Below, piece by piece: positions 36,636-47,396 of a stretch of DNA of 64,000 bases. The notes under the pieces are model-generated. The model was not told where the DNA came from and searched no databases. It saw only the letters and a list, made by a program, of their open reading frames with translations. The DNA is from an uncultured Gammaproteobacteria bacterium. GTDB lineage: Bacteria > Patescibacteriota > Microgenomatia > CAYQLK01. Numbering within the stretch: the first letter of the stretch is position 1; every line of letters starts with the position of its first letter. The stretch spans positions 12,277 to 76,276 of the forward strand of contig CAYUKQ010000001.1 of NCBI GenBank assembly GCA_964445355.1, in the 5' to 3' direction. The translations under genes were made by a program, and so were the position numbers.

Positions 36636-37406
36636 CTAGTCGTTAGTTGCGTTCTGAGTTTTTGCTATCCTTTTTTTGGTCAACTCAACATGAACAAAAA
36701 CAACAATCCTCACAACAATTGCAAACACTCCAAACCCCATCGCGAATCTGCCCATAAATCGCTTAATAACCAATACACCATCCTTAGTCTCCGCCAAGTA
36801 GAAGTGAAGCAGTACAAACGCTAATGCTAAATAAGACATCGTTTGCAATAGTTTCCATTTTTTCGCCCCCATTATTTCCATTGATTTTTTATTCGAAGTA
36901 ATAGTGATCAAAAAAAGCAGTATTGTTGCGACCATACCTGCCCAAACCGGCGCGACTTTAGGGTTGCTAAAACTCAAAGCTGCCACAAAATCCCATTGAT
37001 AATATTTGTAGATAACCAAGATAAAATGTGTCAGTGCAATAAAAAATGACGAAATCCCCCAAAATTTTCGATGCACCTTAACGAAGTTAAAAAATTTGAT
37101 GTATTTTGCCAAAGGTCCGACCAGAAGTGTGATTGATAATAGTGTTATTGACCACAACCCAGTGGTTTTTATCATTTCACTGGTAGTGAATTTAAATTTG
37201 TTATAAGTTACAAAATACAACACAAAAACAGCTAACGGAATCAAAAAATGATAGAACCAAATATCAATTCTTCTTCTTGTTGTCTGGTTGTCAAAATCTG
37301 GGTGAGGCAGATGTTCCACTGGGTTAATATTCTGAATCGTTTGAGGTTGAGAGGGTAGTGACTGAGCGACCGGACTTGATTGTGACTCTACTTCCATTGA
37401 AATCAA
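36636..37406 (-). CDS. Polytopic membrane protein, possibly ferric-reductase-like TM domain (YedZ/MsrQ-like heme-binding)
   Basis: 6 TM helices with conserved His in TM segments (VHRKFWGISSFFIALTHF, LLHFYLAE). Assignment tentative. Confidence 0.45.
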   Translation of the reverse strand: MISMEVESQSSPVAQSLPSQPQTIQNINPVEHLPHPDFDNQTTRRRIDIWFYHFLIPLAVFVLYFVTYNKFKFTTSEMIKTTGLWSITLLSITLLVGPLAKYIKFFNFVKVHRKFWGISSFFIALTHFILVIYKYYQWDFVAALSFSNPKVAPVWAGMVATILLFLITITSNKKSMEIMGAKKWKLLQTMSYLALAFVLLHFYLAETKDGVLVIKRFMGRFAMGFGVFAIVVRIVVFVHVELTKKRIAKTQNATND

Positions 37407-37559
37407 ACAACTTATAAATAATTATCTAAAGTAACTTACCATAATAATTACATACTCTTCTGTTTTTTTACAATATTTCACTCAATAGTCCGAATAAAAT
37501 TGATAATTTTAATATATCTAAGCAAAGTAAGTTTATAAGTCACTGTATAATTATTCATT

Positions 37560-38198
37560 ATGAGATTTTCACTAATCGGGGTAATTTTATTAAATACTGG
37601 AATATTTTTATCTTTACTCATTTATCCAATTTTATTTACTTCGCAAAATAAGTCTTTTTATCAGTATCATTTTAATAATTTACCGCTTAACACAGGTTTT
37701 GATTATCAGACCAACCTTGAAATCTCAAACAAGATCACAAACTACCTGATTACAGGTCAAGGTTTACCTGTTGAATTAATGAGTTCTCGTGCCGTTGTTC
37801 ATATGCTTGACGTGCGGGATATTTTTTACAGAGCAATATTTTTGCCAGTTTTATTAATTATCTCAGCTATGTTTTTCTTAATTATGTCTGGGAAACAGAT
37901 TAAATACCGACACATCATACCTGCTCCACTGATAATTTTGTCATTTTTATTAACATTACTTCTTGGACAGCAAAAAGTTTTTAATTTTATATTTCTCAAA
38001 TTTCATTTACTTTTCTACACTAACGATCTGTGGATGCTTGATGACAATGATTTGCTATTAAAACTCTACCCCGAGGAATTTTTCTTTCGACTAACGTATT
38101 TTAGTGGTGCAATTACGCTATTAGTATCGTTCATTCTTCTTGCTGTTCTTATTTATAATCAAAATAAAGAAAAAAATAATGCAGTTAGAAATCGGTAA
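37560..38198 (+). CDS. Hypothetical integral membrane protein (about 4 TM). Position next to lgt suggests a possible DUF1461/Lit-like lipoprotein-processing role (speculative).
   Basis: 212 aa, hydrophobic helices at both ends. Overlaps the lgt start region. No motif-level support for function. Confidence 0.45.
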   Translation: MRFSLIGVILLNTGIFLSLLIYPILFTSQNKSFYQYHFNNLPLNTGFDYQTNLEISNKITNYLITGQGLPVELMSSRAVVHMLDVRDIFYRAIFLPVLLIISAMFFLIMSGKQIKYRHIIPAPLIILSFLLTLLLGQQKVFNFIFLKFHLLFYTNDLWMLDDNDLLLKLYPEEFFFRLTYFSGAITLLVSFILLAVLIYNQNKEKNNAVRNR

Positions 38199-38937
38199 TT
38201 TTTCAATCAGAGTATATGGGATTATTTTTGCTCTTAGTGTTTTAGTTGCATACTACACAATCCAGAAACTTTTTAAGCTTTCACAGCCGGGATTTAAAAA
38301 TATTGATAGTTTACTATTCACCGTTTTATTAACTGGTTTGTTAGGTGCGCGTCTTTATCACGTCGTTGATATTTGGCAATACTATTCTGTAAATCCTTTG
38401 GAGATCATTGCAATTTGGAATGGGGGAATTGGTATTTATGGCGGTCTAATAGGAGGATTTATTGGATTGTTTGTCTACACAAAAGTAAAAAAACTTCCGG
38501 TTTTGTCGATATTAGACATATTGACTCCCGGCGTAGCGCTCGCACAGTCTATTGGTCGATGGGGAAACTACTTTAATCAGGAGGCCTACGGATATCCGAC
38601 AAATGTTTTTTGGGCGATAAAAATCGACCCGGTCAACAGGTTGCCGGGGTTTGAGAAATATCAGTATTTCCACCCCACTTTTCTGTATGAATCCCTTTTA
38701 TTAATGCTGGCCTTTTTACTGTTGGTTTTTATTTTTAAAAAATTTTACCAATCAACTGGATTGGTTTTTGCTTCGTATCTAATTTTGTACGGTATTACTC
38801 GTTCAATAACAGAGCAATTCAGAATTGATACCTGGCAACATGATGGAGTCAAGATCGCTCAAGTGATTTCTTTGTCCTTTATCCTGGTTGGCTCATTTCT
38901 GCTTTGGCATTTCAAAAGACTCTCTATGAGTCGTTGA
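38179..38937 (+). CDS. lgt: Prolipoprotein diacylglyceryl transferase
   Basis: Lgt signature GRWGNYFNQE, Y-rich N-terminal helix, and the conserved motif order. Start taken at MQLEIG (the ORF track begins at 38140). Confidence 0.85.
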   Translation: MQLEIGNFSIRVYGIIFALSVLVAYYTIQKLFKLSQPGFKNIDSLLFTVLLTGLLGARLYHVVDIWQYYSVNPLEIIAIWNGGIGIYGGLIGGFIGLFVYTKVKKLPVLSILDILTPGVALAQSIGRWGNYFNQEAYGYPTNVFWAIKIDPVNRLPGFEKYQYFHPTFLYESLLLMLAFLLLVFIFKKFYQSTGLVFASYLILYGITRSITEQFRIDTWQHDGVKIAQVISLSFILVGSFLLWHFKRLSMSR

Positions 38938-38964
38938 CAAAATTTGGCACTCCAGTTATTATAA

Positions 38965-41403
38965 GTGCTAATTAATAACATGGCTGAAGTAACTCTTACA
39001 CAGACAAAAATTAAAATTCCGGACGAGCTGGTTGTATTACCGTTAAGGAAAGACGTCGTCTTTCCTAACTCAATAATTCCATTACTGCAATTCTCACGTC
39101 CAAAAATTAAAAAAGCAATTGATGAAGCCACGACAACTTCAGGATTGGCTATCTTTGTTGCGCAAAAAAGTGAATCTGTAGAAAATCCCGGTCCTAATGA
39201 TATTTATCAAGTTGGAACTGTTTGTGCGATCCGTCGTATTTGGAAATCCGACAATGAGTATCATACTGCCGTTGAAGGCTTGAGTAGGGTTTATCTAAAG
39301 GAGTTTATTCAAGTCGATCCTTACATGAAAGTAAGAGTTGAAGAAATACCACAATTTGCTGAAAGCGCCGAAGATGTTGACGCATTAGTGCGCAATATTC
39401 AAAACAAAATTAGAACCTATGCTGAGCTTGGTGGCCCGATTTCGATCGAAGCATCAATCTCTGCTTTTTCTAGTGAAGATCCTAATCAAATAGTTAACAT
39501 TATAACGGCCAATCTTGCTGACCTAAAAACAGGAGAGAAACAGCAAATTTTGGAAATGGTCGATATTCGTAAGCGTCTCGAAAGACTTTCAGAAATTTTA
39601 CAAAAAGAGATCAGGATTCTTGAGATCAACCAAAAAATCGATTCTGAAACTCAGGAGAGGGTTGGTAAGGTCACCAAAGAGGCGATTTTGCGAGAAAAAA
39701 TGCGTTCGATTGAAAAAGAGCTGGGAGAAGACGAAGACCAGCGTGAAATTGATGAGCTTGAGTCGCAAATAAAAAACGCGCAGATGCCTAAAGATGTTGA
39801 AAAAAAGGCCAAAAAAGAATTGGCCAGACTGGCAAAAATGTCCTCGTATAATCCAGAGTCAGCTTATATCAGAACCTATCTTGAGACTCTGATTGAAATG
39901 CCTTGGAAACCCAAAAAAACTAAGCAAATTGATATCAAAGAATCTGAACGTATACTAGAAGCTGATCACTATGGATTACCCAAAGCCAAAGAGCGCATCT
40001 TGGAGTATCTAGCAGTTAACAAATTAGTCGGGAGGATAAAAGGCCCAATACTTTGTTTTTATGGACCTCCGGGGGTTGGTAAAACCTCGATCGGTAAATC
40101 GATCGCCAAATCTCTGGGTAGAGAATTCGTTCGAATTTCATTGGGCGGTGTACACGATGAGGCTGAAATTCGAGGGCATCGAAGAACGTATGTTGGTGCA
40201 ATGCCTGGCCGGATTATCCAGGGCATTAAAAACAGCGGAAGCACAAATCCAATTTTTATGCTCGATGAGATCGACAAAATCACCTCAAATTACAGAGGGG
40301 ACCCCTCTGCAGCATTATTAGAAGCACTTGATCCGGAACAAAACAACAGTTTTTCGGATCATTATCTCGAGGTTCCATACGATCTTTCCGACGTGATGTT
40401 TATAGCGACCGCCAATCAACTAAACACAATACCGGATGCATTATTAGACAGAATGGAAGTCATTGATTTCCCTGGTTATACCGACGAGGAAAAATTCAAC
40501 ATCGCCAAAAACTTCTTACTTCCTAAACAATTAAAAAACCACGGTCTTGACTCTGGAAAAATCAAATTTGAGGACGACTCGATCAAAGAAATCATTGCAA
40601 AATATACCCGTGAAGCCGGCGTTCGCAATCTTGAAAGAGAAATTGGTACCGTATGTCGAAAGATCGCAAAATCTGTTGCAATCGGTGAGACAAAATCACT
40701 CAAAGTAACTACTAATAATTTGGAAAAATTTTTAGGGATCCCCAAATACAAACACACTCTCGCCGAAAGTCACGACGATATCGGAATTTCAACCGGATTG
40801 TCTGTTACTAACGTTGGTGGGGAGATACTATTCATTGAAGTATCAATCATTCCCGGCAAAGGTCAGCTAATTTTGACCGGACAGCTGGGCGACGTGATGA
40901 AAGAATCGGCACACGCCGCGATGTCTTATATTCGCTCTCGATGGAAAACTCTGGGGCTCAAAAAGAATTTTAATCAAGAAATTGATGTTCATATTCATGT
41001 TCCTGAGGGTGCTATGCCCAAAGAGGGGCCATCTGCAGGTACTGCGATTGCCACAGCTTTAATTTCTGCACTTACAAAAAGAAAAAGCATAAGCTCTGTG
41101 GGTATGACCGGAGAAATAACCCTCAGAGGTAGGGTTCTGCCGGTTGGCGGTGTTAAAGAAAAAGTACTAGCGGCTCATCGAGCTGGCCTCAAGACCGTAG
41201 TCTTGCCTGTGGACAACAAAAAAGATGTTGAGGAAATTGCGGTCAATGTTAAAAAGGACCTAACTTTTGTATTTGTAAAACATTTGGATGAAGTTCTTAA
41301 AGTTGCATTCTCACCTCGTCGTGGCGGTGGATCTGGCAGACAAACGAATAAAAAAATTAGCAAAAAATCTTTAGTCTCCGATACACCCAATTTAACTATT
41401 TGA
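38965..41403 (+). CDS. lon: ATP-dependent Lon protease
   Basis: Walker A GPPGVGKTS. Lon proteolytic Ser-Lys dyad region PKEGPSAGTAIATALIS...MTGEITLRGRVLPVGGVKEK. 812 aa. Confidence 0.9.
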   Translation: MLINNMAEVTLTQTKIKIPDELVVLPLRKDVVFPNSIIPLLQFSRPKIKKAIDEATTTSGLAIFVAQKSESVENPGPNDIYQVGTVCAIRRIWKSDNEYHTAVEGLSRVYLKEFIQVDPYMKVRVEEIPQFAESAEDVDALVRNIQNKIRTYAELGGPISIEASISAFSSEDPNQIVNIITANLADLKTGEKQQILEMVDIRKRLERLSEILQKEIRILEINQKIDSETQERVGKVTKEAILREKMRSIEKELGEDEDQREIDELESQIKNAQMPKDVEKKAKKELARLAKMSSYNPESAYIRTYLETLIEMPWKPKKTKQIDIKESERILEADHYGLPKAKERILEYLAVNKLVGRIKGPILCFYGPPGVGKTSIGKSIAKSLGREFVRISLGGVHDEAEIRGHRRTYVGAMPGRIIQGIKNSGSTNPIFMLDEIDKITSNYRGDPSAALLEALDPEQNNSFSDHYLEVPYDLSDVMFIATANQLNTIPDALLDRMEVIDFPGYTDEEKFNIAKNFLLPKQLKNHGLDSGKIKFEDDSIKEIIAKYTREAGVRNLEREIGTVCRKIAKSVAIGETKSLKVTTNNLEKFLGIPKYKHTLAESHDDIGISTGLSVTNVGGEILFIEVSIIPGKGQLILTGQLGDVMKESAHAAMSYIRSRWKTLGLKKNFNQEIDVHIHVPEGAMPKEGPSAGTAIATALISALTKRKSISSVGMTGEITLRGRVLPVGGVKEKVLAAHRAGLKTVVLPVDNKKDVEEIAVNVKKDLTFVFVKHLDEVLKVAFSPRRGGGSGRQTNKKISKKSLVSDTPNLTI

Positions 41404-41529
41404 TCTATCTAAGTTAGTATTGCTCCGACTTATAAGCTCTAAGAAGTTTACTTACTCAAATACATTCGCACTAAAATTGGTATCATCTTAATTAATAAGC
41501 CAACCTCTAAATACACATATACAAACACT

Positions 41530-43719
41530 ATGTCAGAGAGTAGTTTTCGGACTAATCAAATTCCAAACATGACCATGCTGGAGCTTCGTGTTCCACGAGA
41601 TTCAGAAGTTTCTTGGGAAGCTACTGTACAAATGTTGACGAATCTTAAAGGAAACTTTGGTTTTGATAAATACGCAAAACTCTTTCGCCGCCACATCCCG
41701 TCAATGTCGCTCGAAATCGCAACAATTAATCAATCAATTAAGTTTTTTGTTATCGTTCCTACCAACTTGCGATCTTTTTTCGAAAGTCAGCTAATTTCTC
41801 AATACCCTTTAGCGGTTGCGGTTGAAGCAGAGAATTATTTAACAGATTGGTTTTCTCAAGGCTACATCATGTCCGGCGAGTTGGTTTTGGGTAAGCCGGC
41901 ATATTTTCCCATCCGCACAATGAAAGATTTTGATGCATCAGTTGATCCGCTTTCCTCGGTACTTGGTGTAATGTCCAAAACACTACCTGAGGAGAAAATT
42001 CTGATCCAAATTAACTTATCTGGAGCAAGCGGTAGCTGGTCAAGTACCGCCAAGGCAATATTAAATCCGCCAAAAGTTGAGGGGCAGACCCCATCAAAAG
42101 TCACAGGGGCAAATTTTATCGAGGAAAAAATCTCACTTCCGGGATTCAATACAGGCATACGGATAGTTGTCGGCGCGCCAACTGAATCGCAGGCAAAAGG
42201 ACTTTTGGACTCCGTTGCCGGATCATTCGGAAGTTATGCAAATGGCGAAGGCAATTCTCTCCGACTTTCCAAACCCAGCAATAGAAAAAAGAAAAAATTT
42301 ATTCAAGCGATCTATGACCGTAGTGCTGATCAAATACCATCAGCACAAGTTCTGAGTACCAAAGAAGTGGCCTCTCTCTGGCATCTGCCGTCAAAAAGTC
42401 TCACTACGATCCAAAATTTATCATGGGGAACATCTGTACTTTCTGAATCACCGGAAAATCTTCCGACCGCCGAAAATATCGAGCGGGATACTATTAATTA
42501 CTTCGCTAGAACCGAACACAAAAACCAGATCAAAACATTTGGGATCAAGCATAATGACAGACGAAGACACTTCTATGTTGTCGGAAAATCCGGTACTGGT
42601 AAATCTACCTTAATTGCAAATATGGCAATTAACGATATTCGCAATCGTCAGGGGCTTGCGATCGTTGATCCGCACGGCGACCTTTGCGACATTCTTCTTG
42701 ATTACATCCCTTCATATCGCGTCAACGATGTAATCTATTTTGACCCTTCCGATCAATCTCGAACTTTTGTTATTAATCCACTTGAAGTAAAAAATGAAGC
42801 TCAAAAAGAACTGGTTGCTTCAGGTATTGTCGGAATATTTAAAAAACTCTTTGCTTTTTCCTGGGGACCCAGATTGGAGCATATCCTTCGTAACACGATT
42901 CTAACTTTAGTCAATGTACCTGACTCATCTTTTATGGATGTTCCGCGAATACTCACTGACAGGGAATTTCGTGCCGAAAAACTCAAATATATAGATGATC
43001 CTGTCTTGCTTCGTTTTTGGAGAGATGAAATTGACAATGTCCAGCCAAGACAATTGGAAGAGGCCGTCGCGCCGATTTTGAACAAAGTTGGACAGTTCTT
43101 ATCAAGCAAGACCATTAGAAATGTCGTTGGTAGGCCCAAGTCGACGATCGATATTGAAGAAGTTATGAATTCTGGAAAAATTCTTTTACTCAATTTGTCT
43201 CAGGGTTATCTTGGTGAAGACTCTGCGGCACTACTTGGTGCGATGATTATCACAAAATTTCAAATTGCAGCCATGAACAGAGTTTCGCTTAAAGAAGCTG
43301 ACAGAAAAGATTTTTTCCTTTACGTTGATGAGTTCCAGAACTTTGCAACTGAATCTTTTGCCAAAATTCTTTCAGAGGCGAGAAAATATCGTCTGTGTTT
43401 GATCATGGCCAACCAGTTCATGTCGCAAGTGCCGGAAGATATTCGCAATGCAATTTTGGGTAATGTTGGATCGCTGGTTACTTTTTTGGTCTCTGCTCAA
43501 GATGCACCCATACTTTCCAGGGAGTTCTCCGATATTTATAAAGAACCAGAGTTCACTTCGCTAGCTAATTTTCAAATCTTACTAAGACTACTTATTGATG
43601 GGCACGCATCTAGACCATTTTTTGCAAACACTCTTCCGTTACCGCGGTCAAAAACTGAGCGAAGAGAAAAAGTGCTTGAACAATCAAGAGCAAAATACAC
43701 CAGAGAAATTACGGTCTAG
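41530..43719 (+). CDS. P-loop ATPase of the TraG/TraD/VirD4 (T4SS coupling protein) / HerA-FtsK-like class
   Basis: Walker A VVGKSGTGKST followed by IVDPHGDL. Walker B FFLYVDEFQNF. 729 aa. N-terminal about 340 aa of unknown fold, with no obvious TM helices. Confidence 0.5.
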   Translation: MSESSFRTNQIPNMTMLELRVPRDSEVSWEATVQMLTNLKGNFGFDKYAKLFRRHIPSMSLEIATINQSIKFFVIVPTNLRSFFESQLISQYPLAVAVEAENYLTDWFSQGYIMSGELVLGKPAYFPIRTMKDFDASVDPLSSVLGVMSKTLPEEKILIQINLSGASGSWSSTAKAILNPPKVEGQTPSKVTGANFIEEKISLPGFNTGIRIVVGAPTESQAKGLLDSVAGSFGSYANGEGNSLRLSKPSNRKKKKFIQAIYDRSADQIPSAQVLSTKEVASLWHLPSKSLTTIQNLSWGTSVLSESPENLPTAENIERDTINYFARTEHKNQIKTFGIKHNDRRRHFYVVGKSGTGKSTLIANMAINDIRNRQGLAIVDPHGDLCDILLDYIPSYRVNDVIYFDPSDQSRTFVINPLEVKNEAQKELVASGIVGIFKKLFAFSWGPRLEHILRNTILTLVNVPDSSFMDVPRILTDREFRAEKLKYIDDPVLLRFWRDEIDNVQPRQLEEAVAPILNKVGQFLSSKTIRNVVGRPKSTIDIEEVMNSGKILLLNLSQGYLGEDSAALLGAMIITKFQIAAMNRVSLKEADRKDFFLYVDEFQNFATESFAKILSEARKYRLCLIMANQFMSQVPEDIRNAILGNVGSLVTFLVSAQDAPILSREFSDIYKEPEFTSLANFQILLRLLIDGHASRPFFANTLPLPRSKTERREKVLEQSRAKYTREITV

Positions 43720-43831
43720 ATCACTCAATAATAAATCCTATCAGAATAGTCTAATTGACAGTCATTCCAATATTGTTTATATTTGACGTAGCGACTTAAC
43801 CCTCGCGGTCACTTCTATAAACTTAAAAAAT

Positions 43832-45853
43832 ATGGAATTTTTAAAAGAACTTATCAATAATTTTTCCTTGCCCATTGCTATTTTTACCGGACTTGCAGCA
43901 CTTGCATACGGACTTTATTTAATTCGTTGGATTCTTGCTCTTCCTACCGGAAGTGAAAAAATGAACGAGATCGCAAAAGCAATTCAGATCGGTGCTAACG
44001 CTTTTATGACTAGGCAGTACACAATAATCGGAGTACTTGCTGTTGTTATTTCAATTGCAATTGGTGTACTGCTTGATATCGAAACCTCAATCGGTTTCTT
44101 GGTTGGTGCTATCGCTTCTGCAGCAGCCGGTTTTATTGGCATGTCGATTAGTGTCCGTGCAAACGTAAGAACCGCTCAAGCCGCCAGAACATCTCTAGGT
44201 AAGGCTCTGGACGTATCTTTTAAGGGGGGATCGGTTACTGGATTAATGGTTGTTGGTCTTGCAATGATATCTGTTGCTGGCTTTTATTTGGCCGTCCAGG
44301 ACGTTAAGCCGCTTGTCGGGTTAGCTTTTGGTGGAAGTCTGATCTCAGTATTTGCCAGACTTGGAGGCGGAATATTTACCAAAGGAGCAGATGTTGGCGC
44401 AGACTTAGTTGGCAAGGTCGAAGCAGGAATTCCAGAAGATGATCCGAGAAATCCGGCTGTTATCGCAGATAACGTTGGTGATAATGTAGGCGACGATGCT
44501 GGAATGGCGGCTGATCTATTTGAAACTTACGTTGTAACCGCGGTTGCGGCTATGTTCCTTGGCCATCTAACCTTTACTTCAGATACTAATGCAATTGTAT
44601 TTCCGCTCCTATTAGGCGGTGTTTCAATAATTGGTTCAATCATTGGGACACTCTTCGTCAAACTACCTAAAAACAAAAGTATCATGGGGGCTTTGTACAT
44701 GGGATTATTCAGCTCAGCAATAATTTCAGCGATTCTCTTTTATCCTGTTACTTTGTTGGCGATGGACTCAAACGGACTATTTTCTTCGCTGAATTTGTAC
44801 CTTGCTGCACTGATCGGAATTGTAGTTACCATTGGAATGGTCATCATTACCGAATTCTACACTTCAACGAAATATTCACCAGTTAAAGGTGTTGCACTTG
44901 CTTCTACTACTGGTCACGGAACCAACGTTATTGCCGGTCTTGCGTTAGGCATGAAGTCAACATTTGCTCCAATACTATTAATCGCATTAGCTATTTTTGC
45001 CAGCTTTTATCTTGCTGGATTGTATGGAATTGCAATCGCTGCAATTGCCATGCTTTCTATGAGCGGAATTGTGGTTGCAATCGATGCTTACGGTCCGATC
45101 ACTGACAATGCTGGAGGCATTGCCGAGATGTCTGCACTACCAGAAAAAGTCCGTAAAGTCACCGATGCTCTTGATGCGGTGGGTAACACGACCAAAGCGG
45201 TCACAAAAGGTTACGCGATCGCTTCGGCCGGATTGGCGTCACTTGTTCTTTTTGCTAGCTATTCACTTGAATTTGTCTCATTGGGTGTGAATGTTCAATT
45301 CTTGTTATCTGATCCAAACGTCGTGATCGGATTGTTTATTGGCGCAGCTCTGCCGTTCATTTTTTCTGCTTTTGCTATGGAGGCCGTTGGTAAGGCTGGT
45401 GGCGCAGTGGTTGTGGAAGTTCGCAGGCAATTCGCGGAAATAAAAGGCATCATGCAAGGCACAGCCAAACCTGATTACGCTAAGTGTGTGGACATAGTCA
45501 CAAAAACTGCATTAAAGGAAATGATATTTCCTGCTTTAATTCCAGTTGTAGTGCCGATCGTAATTGGAATGGTATTAGGTGTTGAAGCACTTGGTGGAGT
45601 ATTGATTGGTTCAATAATTTCAGGCTTATTCCTAGCCCTTTCTATGACTTCTGGTGGTGCAGCATGGGATAATGCTAAAAAATACATTGAAGCAGGTAAC
45701 CACGGAGGAAAAGGATCTGATGCCCACAAGGCAGCAGTTACTGGAGATACGGTTGGCGATCCTTACAAGGATACGGCTGGTCCAGCGATCAATCCAATGA
45801 TTAAAATTGTCAACATCGTTGCAATTCTAATCATTCCATTTCTTCCACTCTAA
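43832..45853 (+). CDS. hppA: Membrane-bound proton/sodium-translocating pyrophosphatase
   Basis: GADLVGKVE...[22 protein letters not shown] and DTxGDPxKD ([17 protein letters not shown]) signatures. About 15 TM helices. 673 aa. Confidence 0.9.
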   Translation: MEFLKELINNFSLPIAIFTGLAALAYGLYLIRWILALPTGSEKMNEIAKAIQIGANAFMTRQYTIIGVLAVVISIAIGVLLDIETSIGFLVGAIASAAAGFIGMSISVRANVRTAQAARTSLGKALDVSFKGGSVTGLMVVGLAMISVAGFYLAVQDVKPLVGLAFGGSLISVFARLGGGIFTKGADVGADLVGKVEAGIPEDDPRNPAVIADNVGDNVGDDAGMAADLFETYVVTAVAAMFLGHLTFTSDTNAIVFPLLLGGVSIIGSIIGTLFVKLPKNKSIMGALYMGLFSSAIISAILFYPVTLLAMDSNGLFSSLNLYLAALIGIVVTIGMVIITEFYTSTKYSPVKGVALASTTGHGTNVIAGLALGMKSTFAPILLIALAIFASFYLAGLYGIAIAAIAMLSMSGIVVAIDAYGPITDNAGGIAEMSALPEKVRKVTDALDAVGNTTKAVTKGYAIASAGLASLVLFASYSLEFVSLGVNVQFLLSDPNVVIGLFIGAALPFIFSAFAMEAVGKAGGAVVVEVRRQFAEIKGIMQGTAKPDYAKCVDIVTKTALKEMIFPALIPVVVPIVIGMVLGVEALGGVLIGSIISGLFLALSMTSGGAAWDNAKKYIEAGNHGGKGSDAHKAAVTGDTVGDPYKDTAGPAINPMIKIVNIVAILIIPFLPL

Positions 45854-45981
45854 AACCTGCTGATCCGCTAAAGACACTACTGTAAAGCCCAAGAGAAAAA
45901 TATTTTCTCACTACTTTAGAAATCACTAATATTAATATTAGTGATTAAACCAATCTATAAATTGGGTGTGGGGTGAATAAT

Positions 45982-46527
45982 TCAGTCTAAATTTTTAACT
46001 TCGTTAATTAATTCGACGTTCGATTTAAGTGCGTTAGAACTCGACATTTCCATCCCCCGATTATAAAAAGTTGCTAAGATCTTCTGTTGTGTTGTCAGAT
46101 TATTCTCTAAGTCGATAACAGGTACAGGCATATCACCTCTCGTTTTTAATTTGTTGATCGAATCCTTGATCGCCTCTAAGCTACTAATATAAGCCAATAT
46201 ATTGTTTGAAGCCGATTCTATTTTATTTTGTTCAACTAGCAAATAAGCTTCCTTAAGTCGCTTATTCGATATAACTAGCTTCCATTTAATCTTCTCAAGC
46301 TGGTTTGGCTTGAGCGCTTCTTCAAAATCTTCCTTAATTAATATTAACGGATATAGTACTGAATCCGGAAGATGTGATACAGGTGCGAACGAATCGACGA
46401 TCATTTTAACCTCGTCCGTGTTGATATCCAAATTCACCTCATAAATCGAACCCTCCATTGCGTTAGTCTGAACTGATGATAATGCAAGAAACAAAAAGGT
46501 CAAAAAAAGTTTGATAATGTTGTTCAT
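45982..46527 (-). CDS. Hypothetical secreted protein
   Basis: Signal peptide (LFLTFLFLALSSVQTNA). No known domain. Confidence 0.5.
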   Translation of the reverse strand: MNNIIKLFLTFLFLALSSVQTNAMEGSIYEVNLDINTDEVKMIVDSFAPVSHLPDSVLYPLILIKEDFEEALKPNQLEKIKWKLVISNKRLKEAYLLVEQNKIESASNNILAYISSLEAIKDSINKLKTRGDMPVPVIDLENNLTTQQKILATFYNRGMEMSSSNALKSNVELINEVKNLD

Positions 46528-46600
46528 TTGGGGAAATTCAATATCCCTCGATTATACCAAAAAAATACAAACCCATTTCGCATACCCCTAACTAAATAGT

Positions 46601-46674
46601 ACCGCCTAGGGGATTCGAACCCCTGATCTCTCGGATGAGAACCGAGTGTCCTAGACCAACTAGACCAAGGCGGC
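46601..46674 (-). tRNA. tRNA-Glu (anticodon CUC)
   Basis: Reverse complement GCCGCCUUGGUCUAGUUGGUCUAGGACACUCGGUUCUCAUCCGAGAGAUCAGGGGUUCGAAUCCCCUAGGCGGUA folds into a cloverleaf with anticodon loop UUCUCAU. Confidence 0.75.
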
Positions 46675-46827
46675 TAAGTGATTCATCTGTCGAGGTCGAA
46701 TTATATACAATTTCTTATCGATAACCAATACGTCTTCGAAGCTGATTGACAAATTTTATTTTTTAAACTATGATTCAAAGCCTAATATAAGTTTTGCCAC
46801 AGCTAAGATTAATTAATCATACAGCTA

Positions 46828-47316
46828 GTGGTTTTTTTTATTATGACAAAAGCAAAAGAAATCCTATTGACCAAAGATTTTCTCGAGAATCTTCAAAAAG
46901 AACACGCCAAACTTGTTGGTCCTGAGCGAAATCGGGTAACTGCAAGAATACAAGCCGCTAGAGAAATGGGGGATCTATCAGAAAATTCAGAATACGACGC
47001 CGCACAAGATGAGCTGTCAGCGCTTGAGGCAAAAATTACAGAGATCGAAGAAACTCTAAAACACGCCAAAGCTTTGCCTGAGCATCTGGGTGATGATCAT
47101 AAGGTGCGTGTCGGGTCAATAGTGACCGTCAAGGTAGGAAACAGTCAGCAGATTTTTAATATTGTTGCCAGTCCCCAGGCTGATCCGATGAACAATCTTT
47201 TATCTGAAGATTCCCCTGTCGGAAAATCCTTAATGGGTGCAAAAGTTGGGGACGAAGTCACTCCGCCGATACCCTCCAAGCCTGTCTACAAAATTATTTC
47301 AATTGAGTCAAAATAA
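46828..47316 (+). CDS. greA: Transcription elongation factor GreA
   Basis: LTKDFLENLQKEHAKLVGPERNRVTARIQAAREMGDLSENSEYDAAQDE coiled-coil N-domain with the conserved acidic tip. C-terminal FKBP-like domain. Confidence 0.85.
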   Translation: MVFFIMTKAKEILLTKDFLENLQKEHAKLVGPERNRVTARIQAAREMGDLSENSEYDAAQDELSALEAKITEIEETLKHAKALPEHLGDDHKVRVGSIVTVKVGNSQQIFNIVASPQADPMNNLLSEDSPVGKSLMGAKVGDEVTPPIPSKPVYKIISIESK

Positions 47317-47396
47317 ATTTGACCGCAAGTATCTCTTGATTGGTCAAGACTCATAGAATATACTCACTGCAAATAAAGACAGTTAGTATTTAATAT

